From Candidatus Bathyarchaeia archaeon (GTDB lineage: Archaea > Thermoproteota > Bathyarchaeia > TCS64): DNA of 64,000 bases. The notes below the pieces were generated by a model, which worked only from the letters and a program-made list of their open reading frames with translations, was not told the DNA's origin and did no database searches. The stretch is from assembly GCA_050014495.1 (NCBI GenBank), contig JBEKDF010000014.1, positions 1 through 64,000 of the forward strand, in the 5' to 3' direction. A program made the translations under genes and the position numbers. Below, piece after piece: positions 50,769 to 60,486 of the stretch (position 1 is the stretch's first letter; each line of letters begins with the position of its first letter).

Positions 50769-51319
50769 ATGAAATGAGGAAACAGAAAGCTATAGTGATT
50801 GGAGCAACTGGTGCTGCTGGACAGAATATAGTAGAGTTCCTCACGAACCATCCTTGGTTCGAGTTAGCAGGCCTCGCTGCATCGAGTAAATCGGCATCCT
50901 TTGCATACTCTAAGGCAATAGAGGGGGCAATATTCTTCGAGCGCGCGCGCATCGGCGCAACCTGCACTCGCGTCCAAGTTCAGACTGTCCACACCGAAGC
51001 CGTCTATGTAGACACAAAGAAGCCCTGCAGCTTAGATGAGGCGAAGAACGCGATGCGAGAATATGTGAGTGAACCCCAAAAACTCAAACTTCCTTCTGCA
51101 CCCAAAAAACCCATAATCGTTTTCGATGGGCCTAAGATGCCTCAGCCGAAGCTCCATCGGCAGTATGGTGGTGATGTGACTCTGGTTGGGCGCCTAAGGA
51201 GGGATCCGGTCTTCAAGAATGGTCTAGCCTATATTGTAACTAGTGATAACCTCGACAAAGGAGCGGGCGGCGGAGCCGTACAGACCGCCGAGTATCTCAA
51301 GGCGAAGAGGTACTTCTAG
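50765..51319 (+). pseudogene. asd: Aspartate-semialdehyde dehydrogenase with an in-frame internal deletion
   Basis: GATGAAGQ...HPWFEL..LAAS joined at GCGCGCGCGC to IGATCTRV...HTEAV...LPSAP...GAGG. Only 184 aa, and the catalytic NPNC region is missing. Confidence 0.88.
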
Positions 51320-51356
51320 CCCCAGTTTTAATTCACTGTAGAGCCATTAAACCTCC

Positions 51357-52634
51357 ATGACGACCATTGATCTCAGTGTGAAGAGGCGGCTCCAAGAATC
51401 AGTCGACGAGGATAAGGGAAAGCTCATCGACCTCCTATCCAGACTCATCCGGATACCAAGCGATAACCCGCCAGGGAGCACGGTGGAGATAGCGCACTTC
51501 ATCAAGGATTACCTCGAGGGGTGGGGGTTCGAACCGAGACTCTACGAGCCCAACAAGGGAAATGTCAACGTCGTCGCGAGCTGGGGGGAGGGGAGCCCGC
51601 ACCTAATACTTAACGGGCACCTAGACCAGTTCCCCGCTGAAGTGGGGGAGAAGTGGAGTGTACCACCCTACTCGGGTGAGGTCAAGAATGGCTTCGTATG
51701 GGGGCGAGGCTCGGGGGACATGAAAGGGGGCCTTTCCTCTCTTATCCATTGCTTCTGCGCTACGAGCAAGCAAGGGCTCCCCGGGAAGCTTACACTCACT
51801 TGCACATCCGATGAAGAGACGGGGGGAAGGTGGGGGGCTCTCTGGCTACTCGATAACGTCCCCGGCATCACTGGCGATAGCGTGCTAAGCGGGGAGCCAT
51901 CCGGAGGTACGGTAAGGATCGGTGAGAAGGGCATGATCGCTTTCACAGTCAAGACTAGGGGTAAGCCCGCCCATGGTAGTTTCGCTGGCTACGCGGGGGA
52001 GAATGCAATAATGAAGATGGGGCGCCTCCTGCCAGAGATAGAAGCGCTAAGAAACATCACCGCTAGCCTCACGCCAGAGGAGAAAGTGCTAACGGAGGAA
52101 CTCATGAAGGGATACACGGCTCAGTTCGGCCATGAGGCAGAGGGTCTTGCGGGTGTCCTGACGCACGTGACCGTGAATATAGGCATTATCCGTGGGGGTG
52201 TGAAGGCAAATATTGTCCCAGCTGAATGCGAGGTGGAGGTGGATATGAGGGTACCTATCGGTGTGTCCCCTAGCCAACTCAAGGCGACCCTCACAGAGAG
52301 GCTGCGGGGTATTGACCTGTCTGCTTCAGTCGACTACAGTCGCCACCCTTCTACGATACTCGGCGCCACATACTCACCGCCTAACTCTATTATAACCAAT
52401 GTGACCAGGGATAATGCGAAGCTGGTCACGGGAATCGAACCCTTCCTCAGCTTCACATCCGGTGGGACGGATTGCAGATTCTGGAGGGAGAGAGGGGTAC
52501 CAGCCGTCGCTTATGGGCCTAAGGTATATGCTATGGGAGCAGCGGATGAAAGGGTCCCCGTCGAGGATCTAGCATCCACCGCCAAGGTACACATGGGAAT
52601 GATAGTTGATTTTCTCACAAAGAAATCGAAATAA
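51357..52634 (+). CDS. M20 family metallohydrolase (ArgE/DapE-like)
   Basis: NGHLD, GRGSGDMKGG, DEE, GEP and GGTD motifs. Confidence 0.9.
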   Translation: MTTIDLSVKRRLQESVDEDKGKLIDLLSRLIRIPSDNPPGSTVEIAHFIKDYLEGWGFEPRLYEPNKGNVNVVASWGEGSPHLILNGHLDQFPAEVGEKWSVPPYSGEVKNGFVWGRGSGDMKGGLSSLIHCFCATSKQGLPGKLTLTCTSDEETGGRWGALWLLDNVPGITGDSVLSGEPSGGTVRIGEKGMIAFTVKTRGKPAHGSFAGYAGENAIMKMGRLLPEIEALRNITASLTPEEKVLTEELMKGYTAQFGHEAEGLAGVLTHVTVNIGIIRGGVKANIVPAECEVEVDMRVPIGVSPSQLKATLTERLRGIDLSASVDYSRHPSTILGATYSPPNSIITNVTRDNAKLVTGIEPFLSFTSGGTDCRFWRERGVPAVAYGPKVYAMGAADERVPVEDLASTAKVHMGMIVDFLTKKSK

Positions 52635-52798
52635 GCACATCTCATACACATAGGCACACGCACCTTTTTTTATCCGGGAAAAGCACCCGGAAACAACTCC
52701 GTTCAATATCGGATCTCAGCAAAAGGATTTCATATGCCTATCATCATTAACAGCGTTAGTGTTAAAGCAACTTCCATACATAGAGTAAATGATCTACT

Positions 52799-54121
52799 AT
52801 GCCAAGGGACTACAACCTCTTCTCAAGGGCAGTGGGAGAGACTCCTACCCTCGTCAGGGGCGAGGGAGTCTACATCTGGGACTCCGATGGTAAAAAGTAT
52901 CTGGATGGTAGTGGGGGCCCTCTATGCGTCAATATCGGTTATGGTGTTAACGAGGTCAATGACTCTATTAAGCGCCAGATGGATGCTGTCAGTTTTGCAT
53001 ACAGCGGATTCTTCGTCGCTGACGCCGTCAAGGAGCTCAGCGAGAAGCTTGCCGCATTCTCACCAGGTTCGCTGAAGCATAACTTCTTCTGCAACGGGGG
53101 CAGCGAGGCCACCGAAGCTGCGGCCAAGATGGCGCGCCAATACCACCTCGAGAATAAGGACAAGACTAGGTACAAGGTTATCGCTAGGTGGCAAAGCTAC
53201 CATGGCAACACACTTGGCTCACTTAGCATGAGTGGACACATAGGTAGGAGACGCCGCTTCGCGCCTATGCTAATCGATTTCCCACATATACCCCCAGCCT
53301 ACTGCTACCGTTGTCCCTATGCTAAAACCCCAGATCGTTGCGACTTGGAATGTGCACGCGCCCTCGACACAATGATACACGCCACCGGTCCTGAGTATTG
53401 CAGCGCCTTTATAGCCGAACCAGTCGTAGGTGCAACACTTGGAACGGTCCCCGCCCCAAAGGGTTACTTCCAATTAATACGCGAGATATGTGACCAACAC
53501 GGTGTACTATTCATAGCCGACGAAGTCATGACAGGTTGCGGCCGAACTGGTAAGAACTGGGGTATAGAGCACTGGGATGTCGAGCCCGACATAATCACCG
53601 CAGCCAAGGGGATCAGCAGTGGCTACCTCCCTCTTGGCGCAGTAATCGCAAGTGATAAGGTCTACGAGACCTTCAAGAATCCCTTCGCCCACGGTCACAC
53701 TTATAGCAACCATGCTCTCTGCTGTGCAGCTGGTTCAGCCTGCCTCGATTATATCAAGAAACAAAAACTAGTCGAGAAATCCGCAAAAAACGGAAGGTAC
53801 CTCATTAGGAGACTCAAGGAACTTAACGACCACCCAAATGTAGGTGACGTTCGGGGTCTTGGACTCTTCGCTGGAGTAGAGTTCGTCAAGGACAAAAAGA
53901 CGAAGGAGCCGATAGATCCTAAGCTCGCCTTCAACCAGCGCGTCTTCAAGGAGTGCTGGGACCGCGGCCTCATTATATATCCCGGCGCTGGTACTATCGA
54001 CGGTACTTCAGGAGATCATATACAAATCGGCCCACCCCTCTGCGCCAAAATCGAGGAGATAGATGAACTGATCGCGCTCTTCGAGCAAGGTCTTAAGGCT
54101 GCGGAGAAAGCTATTCGGTAA
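52799..54121 (+). CDS. Class III aminotransferase
   Basis: GGSEATE, SYHG, ADEVMTG and AKG motifs. Confidence 0.92.
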   Translation: MPRDYNLFSRAVGETPTLVRGEGVYIWDSDGKKYLDGSGGPLCVNIGYGVNEVNDSIKRQMDAVSFAYSGFFVADAVKELSEKLAAFSPGSLKHNFFCNGGSEATEAAAKMARQYHLENKDKTRYKVIARWQSYHGNTLGSLSMSGHIGRRRRFAPMLIDFPHIPPAYCYRCPYAKTPDRCDLECARALDTMIHATGPEYCSAFIAEPVVGATLGTVPAPKGYFQLIREICDQHGVLFIADEVMTGCGRTGKNWGIEHWDVEPDIITAAKGISSGYLPLGAVIASDKVYETFKNPFAHGHTYSNHALCCAAGSACLDYIKKQKLVEKSAKNGRYLIRRLKELNDHPNVGDVRGLGLFAGVEFVKDKKTKEPIDPKLAFNQRVFKECWDRGLIIYPGAGTIDGTSGDHIQIGPPLCAKIEEIDELIALFEQGLKAAEKAIR

Positions 54122-54181
54122 GATACCCCATATTTTTAAAAGGGGAAGGAGTACCCCATTACCGTTCAGGAAGGTTACCCA

Positions 54182-54880
54182 ATGAGGGACCCACAGATCG
54201 ACAATATATTCCAGGTTGCCAAGGCCGAGAACAGGAACTTCCTGTTTGAACATGAAGCTAAGATGCTCTGCGGTCTTTACGGTATACCCATCACGAAGTT
54301 AGAGGTAGTAAAAACTGAAGACGCTGCTGTTGAAGCAGCGAATAAAATCGGCTACCCCATAGTACTCAAGATTGTATCCCCCCAGGTCCTCCATAAAAGT
54401 GATGCTGGGGGAGTCATCGTGGGTATCAACGATGAGAAGGGTATCAGGGAGGGCTATCAGAGGATCATCTCGAATATTAGGAAGAATGTACCCACCGCAG
54501 TAATCGATGGCATTCTCGTTCAGGAGATGGCTCCTAGGGGCACAGAGATTATCATCGGCTCCACAGTTGACCCAACTTTTGGACCAACCATCATGTTTGG
54601 TCTCGGAGGTATCTTCGTTGAAATTCTTAAGGACGTGAGTTTCCGCTTAGCCCCAATAACAAAGGATGATGCATGGGAGATGCTCGACGAGATCAAGGCG
54701 AAGAAGATACTCGACGGTGCCCGCGGTATGCCAAAAGCGGATAAGGATACAATCGTCGACATTCTACTCGCCGTCAGTAAGATGTTGACTGAGTGCCCAG
54801 AGATTAAAGAGCTCGACATGAATCCCGTACTTGTCTACGAGAAAGGTGCACGCGCGGTCGACGCGCGTGTCATCCTATAG
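54182..54880 (+). CDS. acdB: ADP-forming acyl-CoA synthetase beta subunit (ATP-grasp)
   Basis: HKSDAGGV, DPTFGP, GLGGIFVE and ELDMNP motifs. Confidence 0.9.
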   Translation: MRDPQIDNIFQVAKAENRNFLFEHEAKMLCGLYGIPITKLEVVKTEDAAVEAANKIGYPIVLKIVSPQVLHKSDAGGVIVGINDEKGIREGYQRIISNIRKNVPTAVIDGILVQEMAPRGTEIIIGSTVDPTFGPTIMFGLGGIFVEILKDVSFRLAPITKDDAWEMLDEIKAKKILDGARGMPKADKDTIVDILLAVSKMLTECPEIKELDMNPVLVYEKGARAVDARVIL

Positions 54881-54978
54881 ACATCTCCGTCTATTAGGCA
54901 AGTCTACCCTAATTAGACACTCTTATTCGCATTATCTATGAAAGTCGATATTTTGATGGTTAAAAATGTCCTGATGAT

Positions 54979-56517
54979 TTACTCAGCCATCTCCTTAAAG
55001 AGCGGGCGATTCGACTCGAGGCTTAAGCGGTATAGCTCATAGAAGTGCTGATAGGCTTTGACATTCTTCGGGATAGGCTTCATCGGGACCTTGCCTGAGA
55101 TCCACCTCTCGATTACTTTGTAATCTTTTATCACGCCAGTACCGAGACCGGCGAGCATTGCGTCTCCAAGTGGAGCCCCCTGCGCCCCAGGTATATAGTC
55201 CATAGGGACGCCGGTTACATCAGCGATTATCTGCCTCCAGAGAGGGCTCCTCGCACCACCATCGACTAGAGTCGCATTATTTACCCTGATTCCAGTCTCC
55301 CACGCTGCCTCGAGGCTGTACCTCATAGCGTAAGCGACTCCCTCCAAGACTGCACGGAACATGTGGGCTCGACTGTGATAGACGCTGAGGCCGAGGAAAC
55401 CGCCTCGTAGGTTCTCGTCCCAATATGGTGCTCGTTCACCGACCATGAGATGCGGTAGGAAGATGAGATCGTCACAGCCAATTGGAACCTTGGAAGCTAG
55501 ATCGTCGAGCTGCTTGTAGGCATCGACACCTGTCGTCTTCTCGGCATCTTTCTCTTTCTGACCGAGCTCGTCTCTGAACCAGCGGACGCTAAAGCCTGCG
55601 GTGGCGATTCCAGTGAATCCATACGTATACTGGCGACCCTTGACAACGTATGGGAAGTTGATCATCCTCGGCGAGAGGCGAGGGGTGTGGCTGATGAAAC
55701 CGTTGCACATGCTTGTGCCAAGCATCGAGGCTAGGTCGCCATCCTCGATGGCGCCTCCCGCGAGGGCGCTGACGCTCGCGTCTATCCCACCTGCGCATAT
55801 GGGAGTACCCTTTGGTAGACCGGAGACCTTCGAGCCCTCCTCTGTAACCTCTCCGACGACGTCCTCTGAGCTCAGAATCTTATCGGGAAAGAATCTCCTC
55901 GGCACACCTAGCTCTTTCATCATCTCCTCGGACCAGTCGCGTTTATGGATATCGAATAATCCACCGTAATTCCCTGCGCTACTGTAGTCAACACTCTCTT
56001 CACCGGTTAGGCCCCGAATCACGTACGCGTTAGGGGTCTCGAATCGGTAGATACGTTGCCAGTTGCCTGGCTCCTTATTTTTTATCCATAACATCTTCGT
56101 GTAGCCATAGTAAGGGTCGATGACGTTGCCGGTTATTTTGAAGAGGGTGTCCACTCCGAGGTTTTCGCGGAGCCACTTACACTCTTCAGTGGCTCTTCGG
56201 TCCGCCCAGATTATACATGGACGGATAGGCTCCATTTTGGAGTTAAGGGGAACACCACTACCTCCGTAGAGACTACTTATTGCCGCACCCATTATTTCAT
56301 TCGGGTCGATCTTAGCCTTCTCAATAGCTGTCTTGATTGAGGCTTGAGCGGCTTTCTCCCAGACATCGGGCCACTGCTCGGCCCAACCCTGCTTCGGAGT
56401 GATCACCCCATATTCCAAGAATGAAGAGCCTTTAATATGCCCCTCAACATCGACGATGACGGTTTTAGTCCCGAGTGTGCCGATATCGGTGCCTACTAGA
56501 TAAGTCAACGCAGTCAC
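54979..56517 (-). CDS. FGGY-family carbohydrate kinase
   Basis: GTDIGT, WADRR, GERAPYWD and GGARS motifs. Confidence 0.92.
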   Translation of the reverse strand: MTALTYLVGTDIGTLGTKTVIVDVEGHIKGSSFLEYGVITPKQGWAEQWPDVWEKAAQASIKTAIEKAKIDPNEIMGAAISSLYGGSGVPLNSKMEPIRPCIIWADRRATEECKWLRENLGVDTLFKITGNVIDPYYGYTKMLWIKNKEPGNWQRIYRFETPNAYVIRGLTGEESVDYSSAGNYGGLFDIHKRDWSEEMMKELGVPRRFFPDKILSSEDVVGEVTEEGSKVSGLPKGTPICAGGIDASVSALAGGAIEDGDLASMLGTSMCNGFISHTPRLSPRMINFPYVVKGRQYTYGFTGIATAGFSVRWFRDELGQKEKDAEKTTGVDAYKQLDDLASKVPIGCDDLIFLPHLMVGERAPYWDENLRGGFLGLSVYHSRAHMFRAVLEGVAYAMRYSLEAAWETGIRVNNATLVDGGARSPLWRQIIADVTGVPMDYIPGAQGAPLGDAMLAGLGTGVIKDYKVIERWISGKVPMKPIPKNVKAYQHFYELYRLSLESNRPLFKEMAE

Positions 56518-58058
56518 GTCGGCTTGTAATACTTGTTGCCATCGGCGTCATAGATTGTGTAGCCGATGTCGAGGCGGTGGGCTATCTCAGCGAGTGCTGG
56601 TGTGAGATCACCATAAGCGAAGCCAAGGTGGTTGCAAGGCCATACACTGATTATCTCCTCATCAGTCATTGGTATCTTACCTTTGACTATAGGCCAGCTC
56701 GGATTATACTTCTCATGCTCCTCAGGCTCAACTGGGAGGGTCTCCATGACGCTCGCGACGAGTCTGTATCGGAGGTTCTCTCTACCGAGGCGAGCGACCG
56801 TCATCACGTGGCCGCCAGGTGTTCTTCCGCGGACGCTGCTCCCGCCAGCGTCGTAGAAGAGTTCCTGACCCATGTACTCGACATTATCGAGCTTCTTTAC
56901 TGAGTCCATTTCAGGGCCACCGAAGAAGTATGGTGGGTGCTGACCGCAGTTAACTATATAGAGGACACTTCCCTCGACATCTCGGAAATCGCCAAATCCC
57001 GCTGGCTTCCCAGAGGCAAGATGCATTATAAGCTGTGTAAGGGCTGAGTCCATGTCGTTCTCACATGCGACTGGGATGACCTTCTTGGGGACACCGTCAG
57101 GGCCGACATCGTTGCTGAGGTAAGCAGCCATTAGGCAGGCAGTGCAGTGCTGGGCACTTAGCTCGTCCTGGCACTTAATACCTGCGAAGGTTATGGCGTA
57201 CTCATCTGCTATATCCTCGCCAGCGTAATAGAGGCTGAGCTGAAGGAGCATCTTGGCGAATTCCTTGAGTTTGGGGCGGTCATAGCTGATTGTACCATGC
57301 TTCTGGATGTAGTCAGCAGCTTTCTTGAGTCGGTGGTCGAGGATTTTGTATTTACCTTCGCCTGGTTTGCTGCTCCACTCAACCATGGTGAGGGCCCTGC
57401 GGAGGAGTTCGCTTTGATCTAGGGCATCGTAACTGACACCGAAGAGTTTCTGCCACTGGTCGACGTCAGCTGTTGTCGTAGGCATCTTGAGGCTCATGCC
57501 GCCGAGGGCGAGGTACTTCTGCGCTTTGAGGTCGGAGATGACCCGTTTAGCTGTATTAGCCTCTGCTGCCCTACGCTCATTGAAGTTGAGTATGGCGAGG
57601 AGGCGCTTTATGACCGTCTTGTCGGTTTTAATATCACCGAAGACGTGGCTGAAGGGGACGCCTATCCGAGTGAGTCCACCACCCGCAGCCATGCCAGCAA
57701 CGAGGCCTGGAACAGTCGGGTCCTTGTGGCTGAACATTACGACTCTAGGAATATCTCCGGTCTCAGCTGCGTACCTTTTCACAGCATCAACGCTGTCCCA
57801 GGGGAATGTCCAGCTACCCTGATTGATGATAAGAGTCTCGGGTTTAGCGTTGGCTATGTGCTTTATGTGTTGCTGGACGAGCCTGGTGTTCCAGGCTATC
57901 TGGTCCATCTTCTCATGCCTTTCTCCACCTCTGATTACCTCGACCTTAGCCTTCTTCAGAGCGTCCACGAGGATCTTCTCCTGGCTGATCATGTGGTCGA
58001 TGTTGTCCTCACGGACCCAGGGGCGGGCATCGTTGGGGCTGAATACTCCTACTTTCAT
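56514..58058 (-). CDS. L-fucose/D-arabinose isomerase-like protein
   Basis: PGLVAG, IKCQDELS, ACENDMDSALT, NCG and WPCNH motifs. Confidence 0.75.
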   Translation of the reverse strand: MKVGVFSPNDARPWVREDNIDHMISQEKILVDALKKAKVEVIRGGERHEKMDQIAWNTRLVQQHIKHIANAKPETLIINQGSWTFPWDSVDAVKRYAAETGDIPRVVMFSHKDPTVPGLVAGMAAGGGLTRIGVPFSHVFGDIKTDKTVIKRLLAILNFNERRAAEANTAKRVISDLKAQKYLALGGMSLKMPTTTADVDQWQKLFGVSYDALDQSELLRRALTMVEWSSKPGEGKYKILDHRLKKAADYIQKHGTISYDRPKLKEFAKMLLQLSLYYAGEDIADEYAITFAGIKCQDELSAQHCTACLMAAYLSNDVGPDGVPKKVIPVACENDMDSALTQLIMHLASGKPAGFGDFRDVEGSVLYIVNCGQHPPYFFGGPEMDSVKKLDNVEYMGQELFYDAGGSSVRGRTPGGHVMTVARLGRENLRYRLVASVMETLPVEPEEHEKYNPSWPIVKGKIPMTDEEIISVWPCNHLGFAYGDLTPALAEIAHRLDIGYTIYDADGNKYYKPT

Positions 58059-59113
58059 GGCATCTCCCTCGGTAGTCTATCCTGTACTGGGGGTAGGGGC
58101 TTAAACTTCTTATGGGGCTCGGTCTGATACCAATATGCGGTGCTGCTGTAGTCGTCGCTGCGCTTATTGGCATGACCGTGCTCTATTGTGACCTTAATGC
58201 TCTTCTCGAAGTAGATTGGGTCGAGGATGTGGTACCTGTACCATGTAATTTTGCCATTCCAGTTTTTGTCGGAGCCGGGGAGGGGTAGGCCATGGTAGGG
58301 GGCACAGTATTCTTGGGTGGGGCACCAGCTCATGCCATAGTAATCCTCAGTCCCCGTGCCGTTGAGGCTTGGGAGCTTCTCACCATCTATGAAGATCATG
58401 TCGTCCCCTTCACCGTACCAGTTGAAGCGCTGTGTTGGGCGGAGGTTGTGCACATTCATGTTGCATCCGACGTAGTGACCCTTGCCTTCGGCCTCAAGTA
58501 TTACGTAGTTTTCCTTCCCGTCGAGATTTGTGCCACGGAAGAGCCATGTAGGATTATCCCAATCGTCAGTCAAGTCGCCTTTGGTGGGGTTATTACGGTT
58601 CCAGGTAGCGTGGAATCTACCGAGCCCCAGTTGCAAGCTCTTGTGCTCCTCATAGTCGACGTAGAAGTAGAAGGATTCGCAGTCCCAGTTACCCTGGTTC
58701 TCGACTGTGATCTTGGCACCTTTGGAGTAGGGCATTGGGAACCAGCAGTTGAAGCCCTTGCCATCCTCTGGACTCATCTGGAGTGGGGCCGAGATATAGT
58801 TCTTGCAGATCGCGTGTCCGATTCCGAAGAAGTCACCTATTGGGACCTCGATGCTTGGGTTTTCCTCCCCATCCCAGTAAGCGCGTAAGACGAGCTTGCG
58901 GAGGTAGTACTCATCCCGTGTTCGGATGGTTACCCAAATATGCTTGACTATACCGGCACCCTTCATCTCGGCGAGCGTGGCGGTTTCGCCCGCAAGGATA
59001 GTAATATAGTCCTTATTTCCACCGGTGCGGTCATAACTGCTGAACCGTTTCCTCTTGACGTCCTTAAGTATCGCTATGCCTGAAAGGTCGCCGCTTAAGC
59101 CCGATAGACTCAT
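58055..59113 (-). CDS. DUF2961 / GH172 glycoside hydrolase
   Basis: SSYDRTGGN, YWDGEENPS, WYGEGDD, GTGTEDY and YRYH..DPI motifs; start moved to MSLSG. Confidence 0.88.
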   Translation of the reverse strand: MSLSGLSGDLSGIAILKDVKRKRFSSYDRTGGNKDYITILAGETATLAEMKGAGIVKHIWVTIRTRDEYYLRKLVLRAYWDGEENPSIEVPIGDFFGIGHAICKNYISAPLQMSPEDGKGFNCWFPMPYSKGAKITVENQGNWDCESFYFYVDYEEHKSLQLGLGRFHATWNRNNPTKGDLTDDWDNPTWLFRGTNLDGKENYVILEAEGKGHYVGCNMNVHNLRPTQRFNWYGEGDDMIFIDGEKLPSLNGTGTEDYYGMSWCPTQEYCAPYHGLPLPGSDKNWNGKITWYRYHILDPIYFEKSIKVTIEHGHANKRSDDYSSTAYWYQTEPHKKFKPLPPVQDRLPREMP

Positions 59114-59293
59114 GGTGATCGAGTTAGATGAGCCGTTTGAAGTGAAATAACTTGCGTGGCTGTTGAAGAGTAGAAAATAGGTTGCTTCCGCCGTGTTAAC
59201 AATTATCAATCGTCGAAAAATGAGGAAGTTGTCTATCTCAGCAAATATGTTTACCAGTATCATGAATGCATCGGAACTTGATGCAGATAAAGA

Positions 59294-60328
59294 TCAGAGT
59301 AGGCATTTTTCTATACGCGTCATCCAATATGTAAGCCACTCCTCCTCTGCCAGATGATATAAACGATACTTCATTACACGCGGGTCACCACCGTCCTCGC
59401 GCAATGTCATCTTGGAGATGGGTTTACCGTTATACCTGTAGGAGCCTGTCTTTTCGATGTACATGGTCTCGAGCCAATCGAGTAGATTAGCTATAACGGG
59501 CTCGTCTCTGGAGAATCCATTCTCGGATAACATAATTAATTCTCTGATGGGCTCGTGACCATGCCAATAGAATCGCCTGATGTCATCCTTCTTCTTCTGG
59601 TTGAGGTGCCATAAGATAAAGCCGAGTCCGCGTCTGAGTTGCTCCCGATACTCAGGTAGATGGCTGGCGTGGAGGGCGGAACACGTGAAGAAGGTGACCC
59701 AAGGACAACTCCTCGTCCAAATCTTATAGGGGGCCACAGTTCCTTCCCTATGTCCCTCCTGAACCCATCCACCGTCCTCCCTTTGCCATCTTAGGAGGAC
59801 GTCAAATCCCTTTTTAACACGAGGGTCATTGGCTGAGCCCACCTTGGCTAGACCAGTGAGTTGGACGCTCATCCTGCACGGCACGTTCCTTGGGTTCTCA
59901 TTGTAGTCCTCCTCAGTCACAGGATCGTGGTGCTCTGTGAGTACTCCATTCGGGCGTTGGAATCCAAGAACCCACTCGACCGCCTTCGAGATCCGGGGAT
60001 CCGTCACTGTGTAGCCGATGTCGCCGAGGATACTTAGGAGCCATGAAGTTGTGACGTATTTGGGGCTTACAGGTGTGCAACCGTTCTTAGGGATGTAGCC
60101 CGGCTTGCTTGCCCAAGAGCCTCCGTCGCACCATGAGCCGTCTGTCCTCTGCTTGGTGAACATCTCGATGATATCTGGGTGGCGTTGGGCTTCCCTCCAA
60201 AGTTCCTTCATCTCCGCTGATGATGGGTTCACATCGACTATACTGAGGAGTGTCATGTATCGAACCGGTGCTGAGCCATTGTTAAGGAGCCAAGCGATGC
60301 TCTTCTCAATTCTCTCCTTGCTGAGCAT
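59294..60328 (-). CDS. Prenyltransferase/squalene-cyclase-repeat alpha/alpha-barrel protein
   Basis: QW-like motifs QRTDGSW, QRPNG and QREDGGW; C-terminal WLT. Confidence 0.65.
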   Translation of the reverse strand: MLSKERIEKSIAWLLNNGSAPVRYMTLLSIVDVNPSSAEMKELWREAQRHPDIIEMFTKQRTDGSWCDGGSWASKPGYIPKNGCTPVSPKYVTTSWLLSILGDIGYTVTDPRISKAVEWVLGFQRPNGVLTEHHDPVTEEDYNENPRNVPCRMSVQLTGLAKVGSANDPRVKKGFDVLLRWQREDGGWVQEGHREGTVAPYKIWTRSCPWVTFFTCSALHASHLPEYREQLRRGLGFILWHLNQKKKDDIRRFYWHGHEPIRELIMLSENGFSRDEPVIANLLDWLETMYIEKTGSYRYNGKPISKMTLREDGGDPRVMKYRLYHLAEEEWLTYWMTRIEKCLL

Positions 60329-60486
60329 GTTTCCCAGATTAATATTTCGTCGATGATGGTAAATTGCTTATCATTGCATCTATTAAAAGAACATAAAAAC
60401 AGACCAATATCATGGGCGTAATTAATGCTATTATAGAGAACAAACATGGATAACGTAGTAAAGTTGTGTGAGGGGAATCTGCATCG

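Noticed and set aside
54848..54868. CG runs at the end of acdB as junction marks
   Set aside because: They are only 6 nt long and encode the conserved ARAVDARV end of an intact gene.
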